From Lytechinus pictus (Eukaryota): 64,000 nucleotides of DNA. The notes beneath the pieces are model-generated. The model saw only the letters and a program-made list of their open reading frames with translations. It searched no databases and was not told the DNA's origin. Positions 1 to 11,354 of this stretch are shown here, one piece after another. Numbering within the stretch: the first letter of the stretch is position 1; each line of letters opens with the position of its first letter. A program made the translations under genes and the position numbers. Location: NCBI RefSeq assembly GCF_037042905.1, contig NC_087263.1, forward strand, positions 9,984,001 through 10,048,000, written 5' to 3'.

Positions 1-299
1 TTGAGGCCCTAAGAGCCATATTAGTCAATTTTTTTTATGATTTTGATTTGATAAATTGCTTTTCGTCATTCTAAATAGAAAATACATGTATATTTACTCA
101 TTGACAAATAAAAAGTAGATATTTATTGAATCATCATTCATTCTTTTTAAAGTCAAATTTATTTTAATAAATAGATACATAGGGAACATACATTGTGTTC
201 CTGCAAATTTACACTTTCAAAAAAGCTTTTCTTTATCCTGTAAAAGAATGAATAAATGATGTCTTATTTTGTAAAAGATGTTGCCTCATTGGCTTTTGA

Positions 300-579
300 G
301 TTTCAATTAGATTCATTTCATAAGTGCTGTTGTTGCTGCTGCTGTTAGTTTTGCTGATGTGTTTGTTGAAACTCTTGCTGAAGTTGTGGTTGCTGTTAAC
401 GTTTCCAGAGTGGTTGTTGGACATCTTGATATTGTTGAGGGTGCCGGTGTGGTTTTTGCACCTCCTGCAGAACTTGTTGATACTGCTGTTGTTGTTGCTG
501 TTGGTCAATGCTGTCGTTACATCTCCTGTGTGGTTGATGCTGTTTTTGCTCCTGCTGCTGTTCATGTGATTGAAGTACC
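300..579 (-). pseudogene. Gln-rich low-complexity exon-like segment of a degenerate minus-strand gene
   Basis: Acceptor tttctttttcag|GTA at ~580. Frame reads VLQSHEQQQEQKQHQ...QQPLWKR*QQPQLQQEF, with TAA codons among CAA/CAG runs. Confidence 0.35.
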
Positions 580-1290
580 TGAAAAAGAAATTAATTTATA
601 ATGCATATAAGCAAGATACCAAAGTTATTCCTAATTTCACTGTCATTGTTATCCCTTAATAGACGGGGGGGGGGGAGGGGTGGAGGCACCTTTTGATACT
701 TTGCAAGATTTCTCCAAATGGACAAGATCCTCAGGCACCCCCTGGGATGATCTACCAGAATAGCCTCATCTAGTAAGGTGTATTAACAGGATTTTGTACT
801 CATTACATTCAGTTCATTTTGCATGAACTCAATTCATCAAATGAATGTAAAGGGTCTACCAGTAAAAAAAAATTATGTGAGCTTCTTCGGGTAATCTTTC
901 TGAGTCATTTTACTCCTTTACTGACAAATTAATAATTAAAAACATGATGAAGTGAATTTGACAGTAATTTGACATGTTGCATCTTAGGTGGTAGTGGTGG
1001 GGGTCAATAATTATAGAAATGCAGAATATTCGTGTACCAATTTGGCAAGAGAAAGCAAGTCACACCAATTATTTATTAATATTAATAATCTACCAATGAC
1101 TGATATTGGTTTGTTATTTTTGCAGCTGAAAAAAAAAATCATCAACACCTCAAACTTAGAGTTTAATTCTAAAATTTTGACTGGATTCTTGACAAAGAGC
1201 AAATCAAGAAGACAAAAATCATTCAATTGTTATTATGTGACTTACTTTCCATGCCAAAGTGAATCAGAATTATAAATAAGTTTAACTTAC

Positions 1291-1407
1291 GGGTTAAATC
1301 ACATTTCTAGGCTCTTTGTCTGGCTCTCCAAACCCTTCAGTCATTGAATTTGGCATGGCTTTCTGATACTATCTTGTGTCTTTCAGGAAATGCGGAAAAA
1401 GCCTCAC
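1291..1407 (-). pseudogene. Exon-like segment (stops in all frames) of the same degenerate or non-coding transcript
   Basis: Flanked by tttattccttcag|G acceptor and CCC|gtaagt donor on the minus strand. Confidence 0.3.
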
Positions 1408-2062
1408 CTGAAGGAATAAATTAGATTGAAATTTTCAAAAAATGTTTGGCACTGTAATTTTTCTTCTCACATGTATACATTGCATGTATATCAAACGAAA
1501 ATAAAAGGAAACATGGTTTGACTTCTAGGTTTTTATCATGGGGGGGGGGGGGGGTAAAGTGGTCAAGATGGGTTAATAAACAAAAATGCAAACATGCAAC
1601 AGTAAATAATATAAAAGGTATCTCTGGTTGAGAAATGTCACTTCATATGCTATGCAATCATTCCTCATAATTTATCTTGCACACACATGTACACGTAGTG
1701 AGGATGTGTGAGGGAGAGAGAGAGAGAGCACTGTCATTGTACATGCAAAAAGTATTAAATCCATCACTGCCAAATAGATGGGGGCTGTGCCCCCCCCCCT
1801 CCCCCAATGTTTCACGACCAAGAAAAAAAGAGAAAAAGAACGGGAAAGGACTAAATAGTATATCTTTTTCTGAATATTACGTCAAAAATCTTTCCAAAAA
1901 TTTAATTTCTGTATTAAAAATTCAACAATTTTGCTGGCTCCCTCGCATCTTTTGAGAACTTTTGTTCCATCAGCCATATTTAGCTCCCTTAAATATTTGG
2001 CTCATTACGCCACTGAAATCCATTGTAAGAATTTTATGGTTGCTTAATGTAAAATTAATCTA

Positions 2063-2716
2063 ACCCTTATAAGACTGTCAGGGTATTTTGGAGGCAGGAA
2101 AGATGGGCGGAAGGGGGGTGGGGGCCCTCAAGATCTTGATCGTTAATTGCGCAATTGTGACAAAATGCAACATGCCTGTCACAGATGAAAAAAATGTAAA
2201 TTTGAGTGTTCTAAAATTATTTAAATTTATTTCTAATTAACCAATTTTACTTATTCATGCATAAAATCAGAATTTGGCTGGAAATCTATAAACAAGCAAT
2301 TGAAGTGTAATTTTTTCAGACATGTAAAAATTAATTGATATCAAATCCCTTTCATCTGTAGATTTTGTTGTTTTTTATACTTTTTTTATATTGTTGACAA
2401 GATTTTCTGATCATAAGCAACATGAAATTAATTGATTTCAATCAGTAAAAATAAATATTAACCGGTATGATACAATTATGAATTTTGGCTAGAAATAGAA
2501 TTTGCATTGGATTTGTTCATGAAATCACATTTTTAAGCAATTATGACATGTACTTACATAACGTTGCGTAATTTCACAACCGGGTACCGCGGTGTCACAA
2601 ATTTGTCTGAAAACTCATGAAACTTGAAAAAAAAAAACATGACGCGGCACCATGTTTCACATTGTGGATTTATCGCGAAAAAATGCTGCCCCCCGCCCAC
2701 CGCTCTTTTAGGGTTA
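2063..2716. mobile_element. Non-autonomous DNA transposon (piggyBac-like CCC...GGG-TTAA ends), degraded
   Basis: Left end taaccctt, right end tagggttaa, GC-rich subterminal tracts, no ORF. Confidence 0.35.
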
Positions 2717-2829
2717 ATTCAGACTGCACATCATGATGGGTTTTACTGATATTCATTCTGCAACCCATATTTCAAAGACTATCCATCATCTTGTAATCAT
2801 TATATATCTGACATTGATTATTACCTGTG

Positions 2830-3071
2830 TGTTATATATGAAGGTTTGAATGTAAAGAATAACATAAATGTGTAATAAGGTCTGCATGTACAGACTAGCA
2901 ACATGTATGAATCTGTATGATGTATACACATGCATAAGTGGACATTGCACAACACACACAGGGAGACTGTACAATGAAGGAGCAATAAAGAGTCAACAGA
3001 CATTTTGATTTAAGCAAAACTTGAGACTTTAATGTGTCATTATTCGGCTGGATAAACCTCAAAACATAACA
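2830..3071 (+). repeat. 5' LTR
   Basis: TGTTAT...ATAACA termini; about 6 substitutions versus 10199-10440 by eye; contains AATAAA. Confidence 0.95.
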
Positions 3072-3076
3072 AAATT

Positions 3077-3086
3077 TGGCGACGAG
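3077..3086 (+). promoter_or_regulatory. Primer-binding site complementary to the tRNA-Ser(GCU) 3' end
   Basis: TGGCGACGAG(ATG) 5 nt after the LTR; metazoan tRNA-Ser(GCU) ends in ...CCUCGUCGCCA. Confidence 0.8.
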
Positions 3087-3639
3087 ATGCGGGATATGCT
3101 AGGGATCAACTGTATTGAATAATTTTGCCTGAGCCCCAGGAAAATAGTGGATGTGGATGGATTACAATTTTGGATTGTGAAACAATTTTGTGTGATACAG
3201 TCAGTGCCATATCTATCTACAGTCCCAGGTATGAAAATCTGTGTATGGACGCTATGCAGTTATAAGTCACATTGATTTATTGTAGTGGTGTATTATGGAC
3301 GCTATGCAGCAGTCAGCCACAGTCAGAATGAGTGGCTAAACCATAATTTACACTTGTCAGCCATTTTGAATTAGACCAGGACTAGCAAACAGTCTAGACT
3401 GAAGCCCAGTTCCTGTGTTAAAATTGGAACCAGCAAAGCCAAAGAACTCTAGTCTCTACACGACACAGCCCAAGCCCTAGCATCTGTTTATGAACTTTTG
3501 ATCCAGCCTGATCAGTACAGGACCAGTCGCAGCCTCGCCAAGCCAATTGGTCCAGTCTCAGCCTAATCCAGACCAGCCTTGCTCCAGTCTCAGCCCAACC
3601 CAGTGCAGATGCGACCCAAGCCAAGTCTCGCACTGCTAG

Positions 3640-3762
3640 TGACCCTGCCCGGTCCAGCCCAGCCGCCAGGCCCTGCCAAGCCTCGCACAGCCCATGACCC
3701 TGCCCGGTCCAGCCCTGCCAAGCCTCGCACAGCCCATGACTCTGCCGGTCCAGCCAAGCCTG
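3640..3762 (+). repeat. GC-rich tandem repeats in the LTR-element leader
   Basis: Repeated gaccctgcccggtccagccc and cctgccaagcctcgcacagcccat units. Confidence 0.8.
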
Positions 3763-5000
3763 AAGGACGAATCAAGCTCAGCCTCAGAACAGTGTTTACA
3801 CAATGAATGGATAAAACATTGAAATTGAAACTTTGCAAGCAAGACTCTAGACTTGAATGATAACTGAATGGACTCAGTGTAAAGACTTTGAACTCAGTTT
3901 ATGCTTGATATTTGATGCATAAAATTGATGAAATGTATTTGAGTGACCATTGAATTTAATGCTATTGTGCTAAAACGAGCATTAATTGCAGTAGACCAAA
4001 AGCTTCGGTCTCTGTTATGTTGGTTGTTCAGCTGAACTCCGTTGGCTTCACTCACCAAATACAGAGACCGAAGTTTTAGCGCGATCTGTACAGGGGACTC
4101 AATGGCCATATATTTATGTGTATTAAGTTCGAATAAAACAGGGCAGTGAAGTTGCGCAACAGCCGAGGTAAGTCACTGTTTTTGTTCCTTTTAACTTGAT
4201 TTTCTCCGTTTTTTGGCAATTAATGGCAAGAGGGAATATTGATTTGCATTTCTGTCGCGTTAATTTTCAAAAGTTTGATTCATTAAAGACAAAAATTGAA
4301 GAGCCCCGACGGGGGGATTTTACATTGCAAGTCCCCTTATGGTGGCTGCACGATAGCGAGCCGTCTGTGTATGAGGAGAAATTAAACAAATAAAAAATGT
4401 TTAAAAAACTCCTCGAAACAGACGGCTGCCAGCTGTCTATAATTGCAGGTGAGCCAACTCAAGCATTTAGATACAGTTCCAGTGCCTAGCTTAAGGTAAC
4501 AAATGGTAAGCTTTTGGTACAAAATTAATGTTGCCGATTATCAAAGAGGTCTAAGTCCATTGCCATGATAGATGTATAGTTGGTCTATTGAGCTAGTCTA
4601 ACTTACATAGCCAGACTATAAGGTCCAGGACCTACATCTAAGTTTGAACCTTGAGACCTGAAGAGTTAGTCTAGATCTATTTACACTACTAGTATTGGTC
4701 CAGTTGTTAGGACCAGGAACGAATTGAAGTTGGTCTAACTTGCTAGGACCAAGAACTAAAAGAATTTAGTCCAATATTAGCAGGACCAGAACCTGTTTGA
4801 TAAATTGAGTGATCAATATAGGTACAAGGAATGTGCATTGATTACTAGTGTGAAAGCCTAGGACCAAATAGTGTACTGTAACATTGGTCTAGCCCTAGAA
4901 ATACAGCAGCCCTGTAATTTTGTATGAAACTAGAGTGCATGTTGCACGTACAGGAATTCATAGTCTAGCTGCACACGGTTATTGAGTGTGAATAATATCC

Positions 5001-5177
5001 GTGTGTGTGTGTGTGTATTTGAGTTTTGTCAGACGTGTATCAATCAGATATGATTATTTACGTCTGGGACCGACCTTTAACGTCACCATCCGAAAGACGT
5101 GACCAGGGCTCGAACCTCTGCATCAATTTGTAACTTCCCCACAGCTTGGATTACAGGCGCACGCCACAACGCCTAGT
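5001..5177 (-). mobile_element. SINE with a 7SL (Alu-domain)-like head, B-box-like motif, central domain, 3' stem-loop and (CA)n tail
   Basis: Minus strand reads ACTAGGCGTTGTGGCGTGCGCCTGTAATCCAAGCTGTGGGGAAG...GGTTCGAGCCC...TTCGGATGGTGACGTTAAAGGTCGGTCCC...CAGACGT-loop-ACGTCTG...(AC)n. Confidence 0.7.
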
Positions 5178-5318
5178 TGTGGCGTGCGAGAGTGTAGTCT
5201 TAAGACCAGGCCTAGTTTATATAGACTAAGCATATGCAGGTCTAGTAGAAGTATTTTACAGTGTATACATACAGCCTATGTTGTTATTTTGTTAAGTATA
5301 AGTACTAGTCAAGTACCC

Positions 5319-8300
5319 ATGATGGCTAATCAAGTTATTGGGAATGCCCCCCAGTTAGTTTCTGGTTACACATTTGAAGAATGGACCGAAGTCTTAGAGG
5401 CATGGTTCACTTCTAATGACATAAAATCAAATGAAAAGCAAAAAGCATTGTTCTTAACAGGATTAGGTAGCAAAGGTTATCACACCCTTCGTGCAATATT
5501 ACAGTCAGATAAGCCATTAGATAAAACATACAAAGAATGTAAAGATGCACTGACTACACACTATTCGCCAAAGCCTACAGAAATCGTACAAAGATACAGG
5601 TTTTACACATGCACTCAGCAAACAAATGAAACAATCCCTCAGTTCTTAGCAAAGCTCAGACAGCATAGCGATGGTTGCAACTTCAAAGAACTTGAGAACA
5701 TGTTAGAGAGACAGACTAGTAGTAGGATGTTCAGATGTCAACATACAACGAAAGCTATTGGGAATGCCCCAGTTGACTTTTGAAAAAGCAGTCAACATTG
5801 CGACAGCAATGGAAGTAGCGAAGCAAGATGTGGAACAGATCAAGCAGATACAAAAGCCACATGATGATCCTTCATCGGTTCATAAACTTCAAAGGAAGGT
5901 GACCGCTGAACCACAGAATAGGACTCCAGCAAAGACGGTTAAGTCCAAGGACAAGCGTTCTACTCCAAGCCCAAAGAGATGTTGGAGATGTGGTGGTAGC
6001 AGCCATGAACCAGCGACTTGTAAATTTCGCGACGAACAGTGCTACAAATGTTCCAAAACTGGTCACACGAAGAGCCAGTGTGAACTAGTGAAAGCCTACC
6101 AGCAGAAATTTTATCAAAAGAAAACACAATCTTCAAAGAAAGCACATCACTTAGATGATGAGGACTCTGCATCAAACTCCGAAGAAGGAAAAATGGATCA
6201 TCTGGAAGACGAATCGATTTACAGATTATCAAATTCTGATCCGTACATGACCACTTTGAAAGTGAATGGCGCAGAAGTCCATCTCGAAATTGATACTGGA
6301 AGTCCATGGTCTATTGTTTCAAAGGCAGTATACAGTAGAATCAGCAAAGATTCCAAGCTAACTTCCAGTAACATTAGACTCAAGTCCTATACAGAAGGGA
6401 AATTAGACATTTCTGGTGAAGCCACAGTTGATGTTCAGCTTGAAACACAGATGAAGCCGGACAAGCTGAAGCTAGTTGTTGTCCAACAAGGTGCCAGCCT
6501 GATTGGAAGGGACTGGTTACAGAAGTATCCACAACTGTTAGCACAGTAAGCCAACCATATTGCACAAGAAGCAAGCCCCAGAAGTATGCATAATTTGCCA
6601 GATGTTATGCAAGATGTATTCAAAAAGCATGAGGAGTTGTTTGATGATAGTTCAGTCGGACAACTGATAGGATACCAGGCCAAAGTGTATCCTCAAGAAG
6701 AGAACAATCAACCAAAGTTCTACAAAGCAGCCCCTGTTTCCTATGCTGCCAGGAAGCAGATAGACAAAGCATTAGATAGCTTGTTGGAGGACGGCATCAT
6801 CAAGCCAGTGAAGACCGCAGATTTTGCATGCCCAATCATTGCAGTCCTCCCTAAGCCAGATGGACGGATGAGAATATGTGGTAATTACAAGCTAATTGCA
6901 AACAAAGTCCTGAAGGTAGAACAGTATCCCTTGCCAACTCTGGAAGACCTCCTACAAGAACTTGAAGGTGGAGAAAGATTCACCAAGCTTGATTTAAGTC
7001 ACGCCTATCATCAGATAGAATTAGATCCGGAAGCCCGCAAGTACACAACAATCAACACACATAGAGGTCTATTTGAGTATACAAGACTACCTTTTGGGAT
7101 AGCAATCGCTCCAGCTATGTTTCAGAGGACTATGGAGAGCCTCTTGGCAGACATCCCAATGTGCAAGCCATATCTCGATGACATGATTATCAGTGGCAAG
7201 ACTGATGAAGATCATCTGAGAAACCTGGAAGCAGTTCTTTCAAGACTAGAAAGCAATGGTTTACGCTTGAAGAAGGAGAAGTGCGAACTGATGAAAGACT
7301 CGGTAGACTACCTTGGCCATCGCCTTGACAAGAAAGGTCTCCGGCCTCTTCAAGACAAACTTGATGCCATACGCCAGGCAGAACGCCCAGTGAATCAAAG
7401 CCAACTCCAGGCTTAGTCTTGGTTTACTTGGATATTATCGCAAGTTTATACCCAACCTATCCCAGGAGATTGTGCACTTGACTGAAATGCTGAAAGCAGA
7501 ATACAGATCAACCTCCAGTGGGAAGAGAAGCAGCCAGCCTGACCCTAAGAATTAGGAAAAAGCATTCCAGAAATCAAAGCGTCTCCTACAGACTGACAGC
7601 ATCCTGACGCATTATGATCCAGCCAAACCCATTCTGCTACAGACAGTTGCCAGCCCATATGGATTAGGTGCGGTGATAAGCCATGTGGAATCAGACGGAC
7701 AAGAACACCCCATAGCATTTGCTTCACGTACCCTCAAGCCAAGTGAAGTCAACTATGCGCAGTATGAAAAAGAGAGTCTGTCAATAATCTTCGGACTGAA
7801 GAAATTCCACAAGCAACTTCATGGAAGGTCATTTACGATTGTGACAGACCACAAGCCGTTGATGGGACTCTTTGGAAACCGCAAACCAGCGAGCCCGATG
7901 GCCTCGGCTCGTGTTGCAAGATGGCACATGATCTTGTCGGCATACAGCTACAAGATAGTACATCGTGAATGAAAGAAGCACCAAAACGCAGACGCGTTGT
8001 CTCGCCTACCACTCCAGGGAGAAGAAACTTCATGGAATCATCCAGAGCTCGCAGAGCTAGATGAAGCACCAATGCCCCGAATCAACAAGCTTACTGACCT
8101 TGAAACACGCCCTGTTGATGCACAGGAGGTGAAACGTGCCACCAATAAAGACAGAGTACTGTCCAAAGTAAAGCATCATATCCTGAATGGATGGCCAGCA
8201 ACAAGAAATCTGCCAGATGAACTGAAGCCCTTCGCAAGTAAGAAGGACGAGTTGTCAATAGAAGATGATATAATCCTTTGGGGATCCAGAGTGATTATCC

Positions 8301-9494
8301 CTGACAACCTAGAAATGAAGGAGAGAATCCTGAACGAGTTACATAGTACGCACCCAGGGATCGTGAAAATGAAGTCACTAGCCAGGTCGTACGTATGGTG
8401 GCCCAAGATAGACACTCAGTTGGAACAGCACGTGAGATGTTGTGAAAGCTGTCAACAGAATCAGCACAGCACCGCAGCAGTACCCATACACCCGTGGGAG
8501 TTTCCTGAGAAGCCATGGAGTAGGATCCACTGTGACTATGCCTCCATTGGTGACGGGAATATCTTGATCGTCGTAGATGCGCACAGCAAATGGCTCAAAG
8601 CTATTCGTGTGAAGCGAGCCACTGCCAATGCCACAGTGATCGCCCTTAGACGGTTGTTTGCAACACACGGATTACCAGAGACCGTGGTGACAGACAATGG
8701 CACACAATTTGTTTCAGAAGAGTTTGCCAATCTGATGAATAACAACAACATTTGCCATATCCAGACAGCACCCAAGCACCCAGCCAGCAATGGTCTTGCA
8801 GAGAGAGGTGTACAAACTGTCAAAGCAGCAATGAAGAAGGGACAAGGAAGTGACTTTGAAAAAAAACTTCAAAGGTTTTTGTTGACCTACAGAGTCACAC
8901 CACAGGAAACAACAGGAAAGAGGCCCAGTGAACTCATGTTCAGGAGGAAAGTCCGCACAAGACTCGACAATTTGCGTCCAGATCTGAGCAAATCGGTTAG
9001 ACGGAAACAGTCTACCATGAAGAAAACAGGAGATCGAGGAAGCAAAGAAAGGGTCTTTGCTGTAAATGATCATGTGATGATCAAAAACTTCAGCTCAGGT
9101 ACAACATGGCTTTATGGAACAGTATTTGAAGTCATCAATGAAGTCATGTACAATGTAAAACTAACTGATAGTAGAGTTGTCCGCCGTCATATTGACCAGA
9201 TGAGGAAGTACTCCCCATCCAGTGAACATGCCAACAGTGAGAGGAAGGAGTTCCAACTACCACAGGAACCTTCAGAGGAACCACCAGTTGTATTCCCTAT
9301 GCCTGACATTAATCCAGAGCCAGAGAATGCTCCAGAAAGTGAAACAACACAAACAAATGAAGAAAATACAAAAGAAACAAAAAAAAAATATGCCAGAAAA
9401 CATAGACACAAAACAACCAGAAAGACGAATGTCTCGTAGAAATGTTAGCACACCAAAGAAATTTCAGGATTATGTGGTGTATTTCTGCAAGTAA
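5319..9494 (+). pseudogene. Gypsy gag-pol polyprotein, disrupted (frameshift ~5710, stops at 6547, 7414 and 7970, indels ~7420-7550 and near the end)
   Basis: Gag MMANQ...; two CCHC knuckles (CWRCGGSSHEPATC, CYKCSKTGHTKSQC); protease IDTGS; RT KLDLSHAYHQ, RLPFG and YLDD; RNase H (IAFASRTL, TDHKPL); integrase HHCC plus DDE (VVTDNG, SNGLAER). Confidence 0.95.
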
Positions 9495-10186
9495 AGCATT
9501 TTGGTTAAATTGTTATGTAAAAAAAAAAAAAAAGTTGCCTTGTACTTAGTTCCAGATAAAAAAAAAATGATTTAATATGTTGTAATGTGTCATGCAACTG
9601 ACAGTAATTCATGAAATGTATGATTAAGTTGGTATTAACATGAAGTTAAATAAGAATTATACAAGCCAAAATTATTTGCATTTTTGGATAACAATAAGGA
9701 AGAATTTAAAATGTGGATTTAGTTTTGATAACAGCAAAGAAAAGTTAGTTGTTGAATTGAAACTTGGTATATATATATGTTTTGTTAAAAGAAAAAAAAT
9801 AGTTTAACAGTTCATTAACAGTTTGAACAAGTGAATGCACAAGAAAATGTGTTTTGTTAGAAATTAAGGCATACATGGTTACTTCAAAATGAAGTTAATG
9901 ACAAGAAATTAGTTTGTTAAAGTTGTGTTATGAGATTGTTATATTTTACAATTGTAACAGAAAGTTTGATTACATACAAGTGTAAGGAACACTTTGCAGA
10001 GATTGTTTTAAATCAGAATACTGAGGATTGAGGATTCGAAGCCAAATAATTAAACCTTCATACAGTGAAATGTTGCAAGTTGAAGTATGGAAGTGAAATG
10101 GTAGTTGAAATTATATTGCCGTAATTGCATGGAACACAGAAAGTGGAAATTGTTATATTTCAAAATTTACCCATGTACATTTATGT

Positions 10187-10198
10187 AAGGGGGAGGAA
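10187..10198 (+). promoter_or_regulatory. Polypurine tract
   Basis: AAGGGGGAGGAA immediately before the 3' LTR. Confidence 0.9.
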
Positions 10199-10440
10199 TG
10201 TTATATATGAAGGTTTGATTGTAAAGAGTGACATAAATGTATAATAAGGTCTGCATGTACAGACTAGCAACATGTATGAATCTGTATGATGTATACACAT
10301 GCATAAGTGGACATTGCACAACACACACAGGGAGACTGTACAATGAAGGAGCAATAAAGAGTCAACAGACATTTTGATTTAAGCAAAACTTGAGACTTTA
10401 ATGTGTCATTATTCGGCTGGATGAACCCCAAAACATAACA
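10199..10440 (+). repeat. 3' LTR
   Basis: Direct repeat of 2830-3071, followed by TSD CTGTG. Confidence 0.95.
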
Positions 10441-10834
10441 CTGTGGCTGCATGTTAGTCTCTGTATTTCTACAACTGTGGCCAAATATTGTGCTACAAGT
10501 ACAGGTTCATCAGATTGGCCCCAGGCACTTTTCTTATTGTAGGAGACCAGCAAGCCCTGGCTTTGAAGTTGCGGGTCTATCCTTCTCCAGCTGCAATAGC
10601 TGGTCAGTTGAGGACTTGGAGGCTTTGTGTCAGGAATGATCTTGGTAGTGGCGGTGGCAATGGCGATGGCAGAAGCAGACTTGGTGGTGGTGGTGGCATT
10701 CGCAGAACTGATGGTGGTGGCAGAAGTGGTGGACCATCAGTGGTGGTGGTGACTGCAATTGCAGCATTGGCGATGGTGGTATACGCCTCATGACAACAAA
10801 CATTTGCTCCTGCTGCCACGCAGCTGGTCTCCGT
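10441..10834 (-). pseudogene. Thr/Pro/Ala-rich exon-like segment cut off from its splice donor by the Gypsy insertion
   Basis: Acceptor-like ctccttaaaacataatag|ACG and GC-richer low-complexity coding-like text. It ends in CACAG, the TSD, whose other copy precedes GTAAT at 2824. Confidence 0.4.
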
Positions 10835-11354
10835 CTATTATGTTTTAAGGAGAATAAACATAAAAACATTTGATTATAAACAAATCAACTTCAGAACACC
10901 AGTATATTGATTATAAAACTCGTAGATATAGCAGCCAAAGCGTAAATGAACTCGCACAGAAGAGTACATGTACCTTCATCTAATAGAATTTTAGACCACC
11001 TTGAGGATGTTGTGCTCAGAGCAAAGTTTTTATTTGACAACGGTCAAAGATGAAGATGGATTTAAATGTCAGAATACAACTCTTATCATTGGTTGATCAA
11101 TCGGTCTGTAAATTACCCCCTACAGATTATGTTGACCAATTATTTCTTAACCTATATGTCTTTGTTATCAAACATGGATAGTTGGAGCAATATTTTTTTT
11201 ATTGTTCTTTGATTTTTATTCAATCATGTCCGTAACGGTGCGGATTAATACGTGCATGCACATGTACATTCACAGTGTGTGTCAATTATATAAATGTGCA
11301 TCATGACATTTAACAATCTTCATCCATATAATCGGGTTAAGTGCATAATTCATT

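Larger units (their letters stand above)
2830..10440 (+). mobile_element. Full-length Ty3/Gypsy LTR retrotransposon (Mag / K02A2.6-like), inactivated
   Basis: Two 242-bp TG...CA LTRs, TSD CTGTG (2825-2829 and 10441-10445), PBS, PPT, and gag-PR-RT-RH-IN order. Confidence 0.97.

Noticed and set aside
233..601. Asn-rich, Leu-rich and Val-rich ORFs in the track
   Set aside because: Alternative frames of one CAG/CAA-rich low-complexity tract; not independent genes.
2786..3003. Duplicated small ORFs (also at 10181-10452)
   Set aside because: Chance ORFs in the two LTR copies.
5130..5177. Human Alu contamination or a genuine 7SL gene
   Set aside because: Similarity is limited to the first ~45 nt, there is no S domain or Alu body, and it is embedded in an invertebrate Gypsy element.
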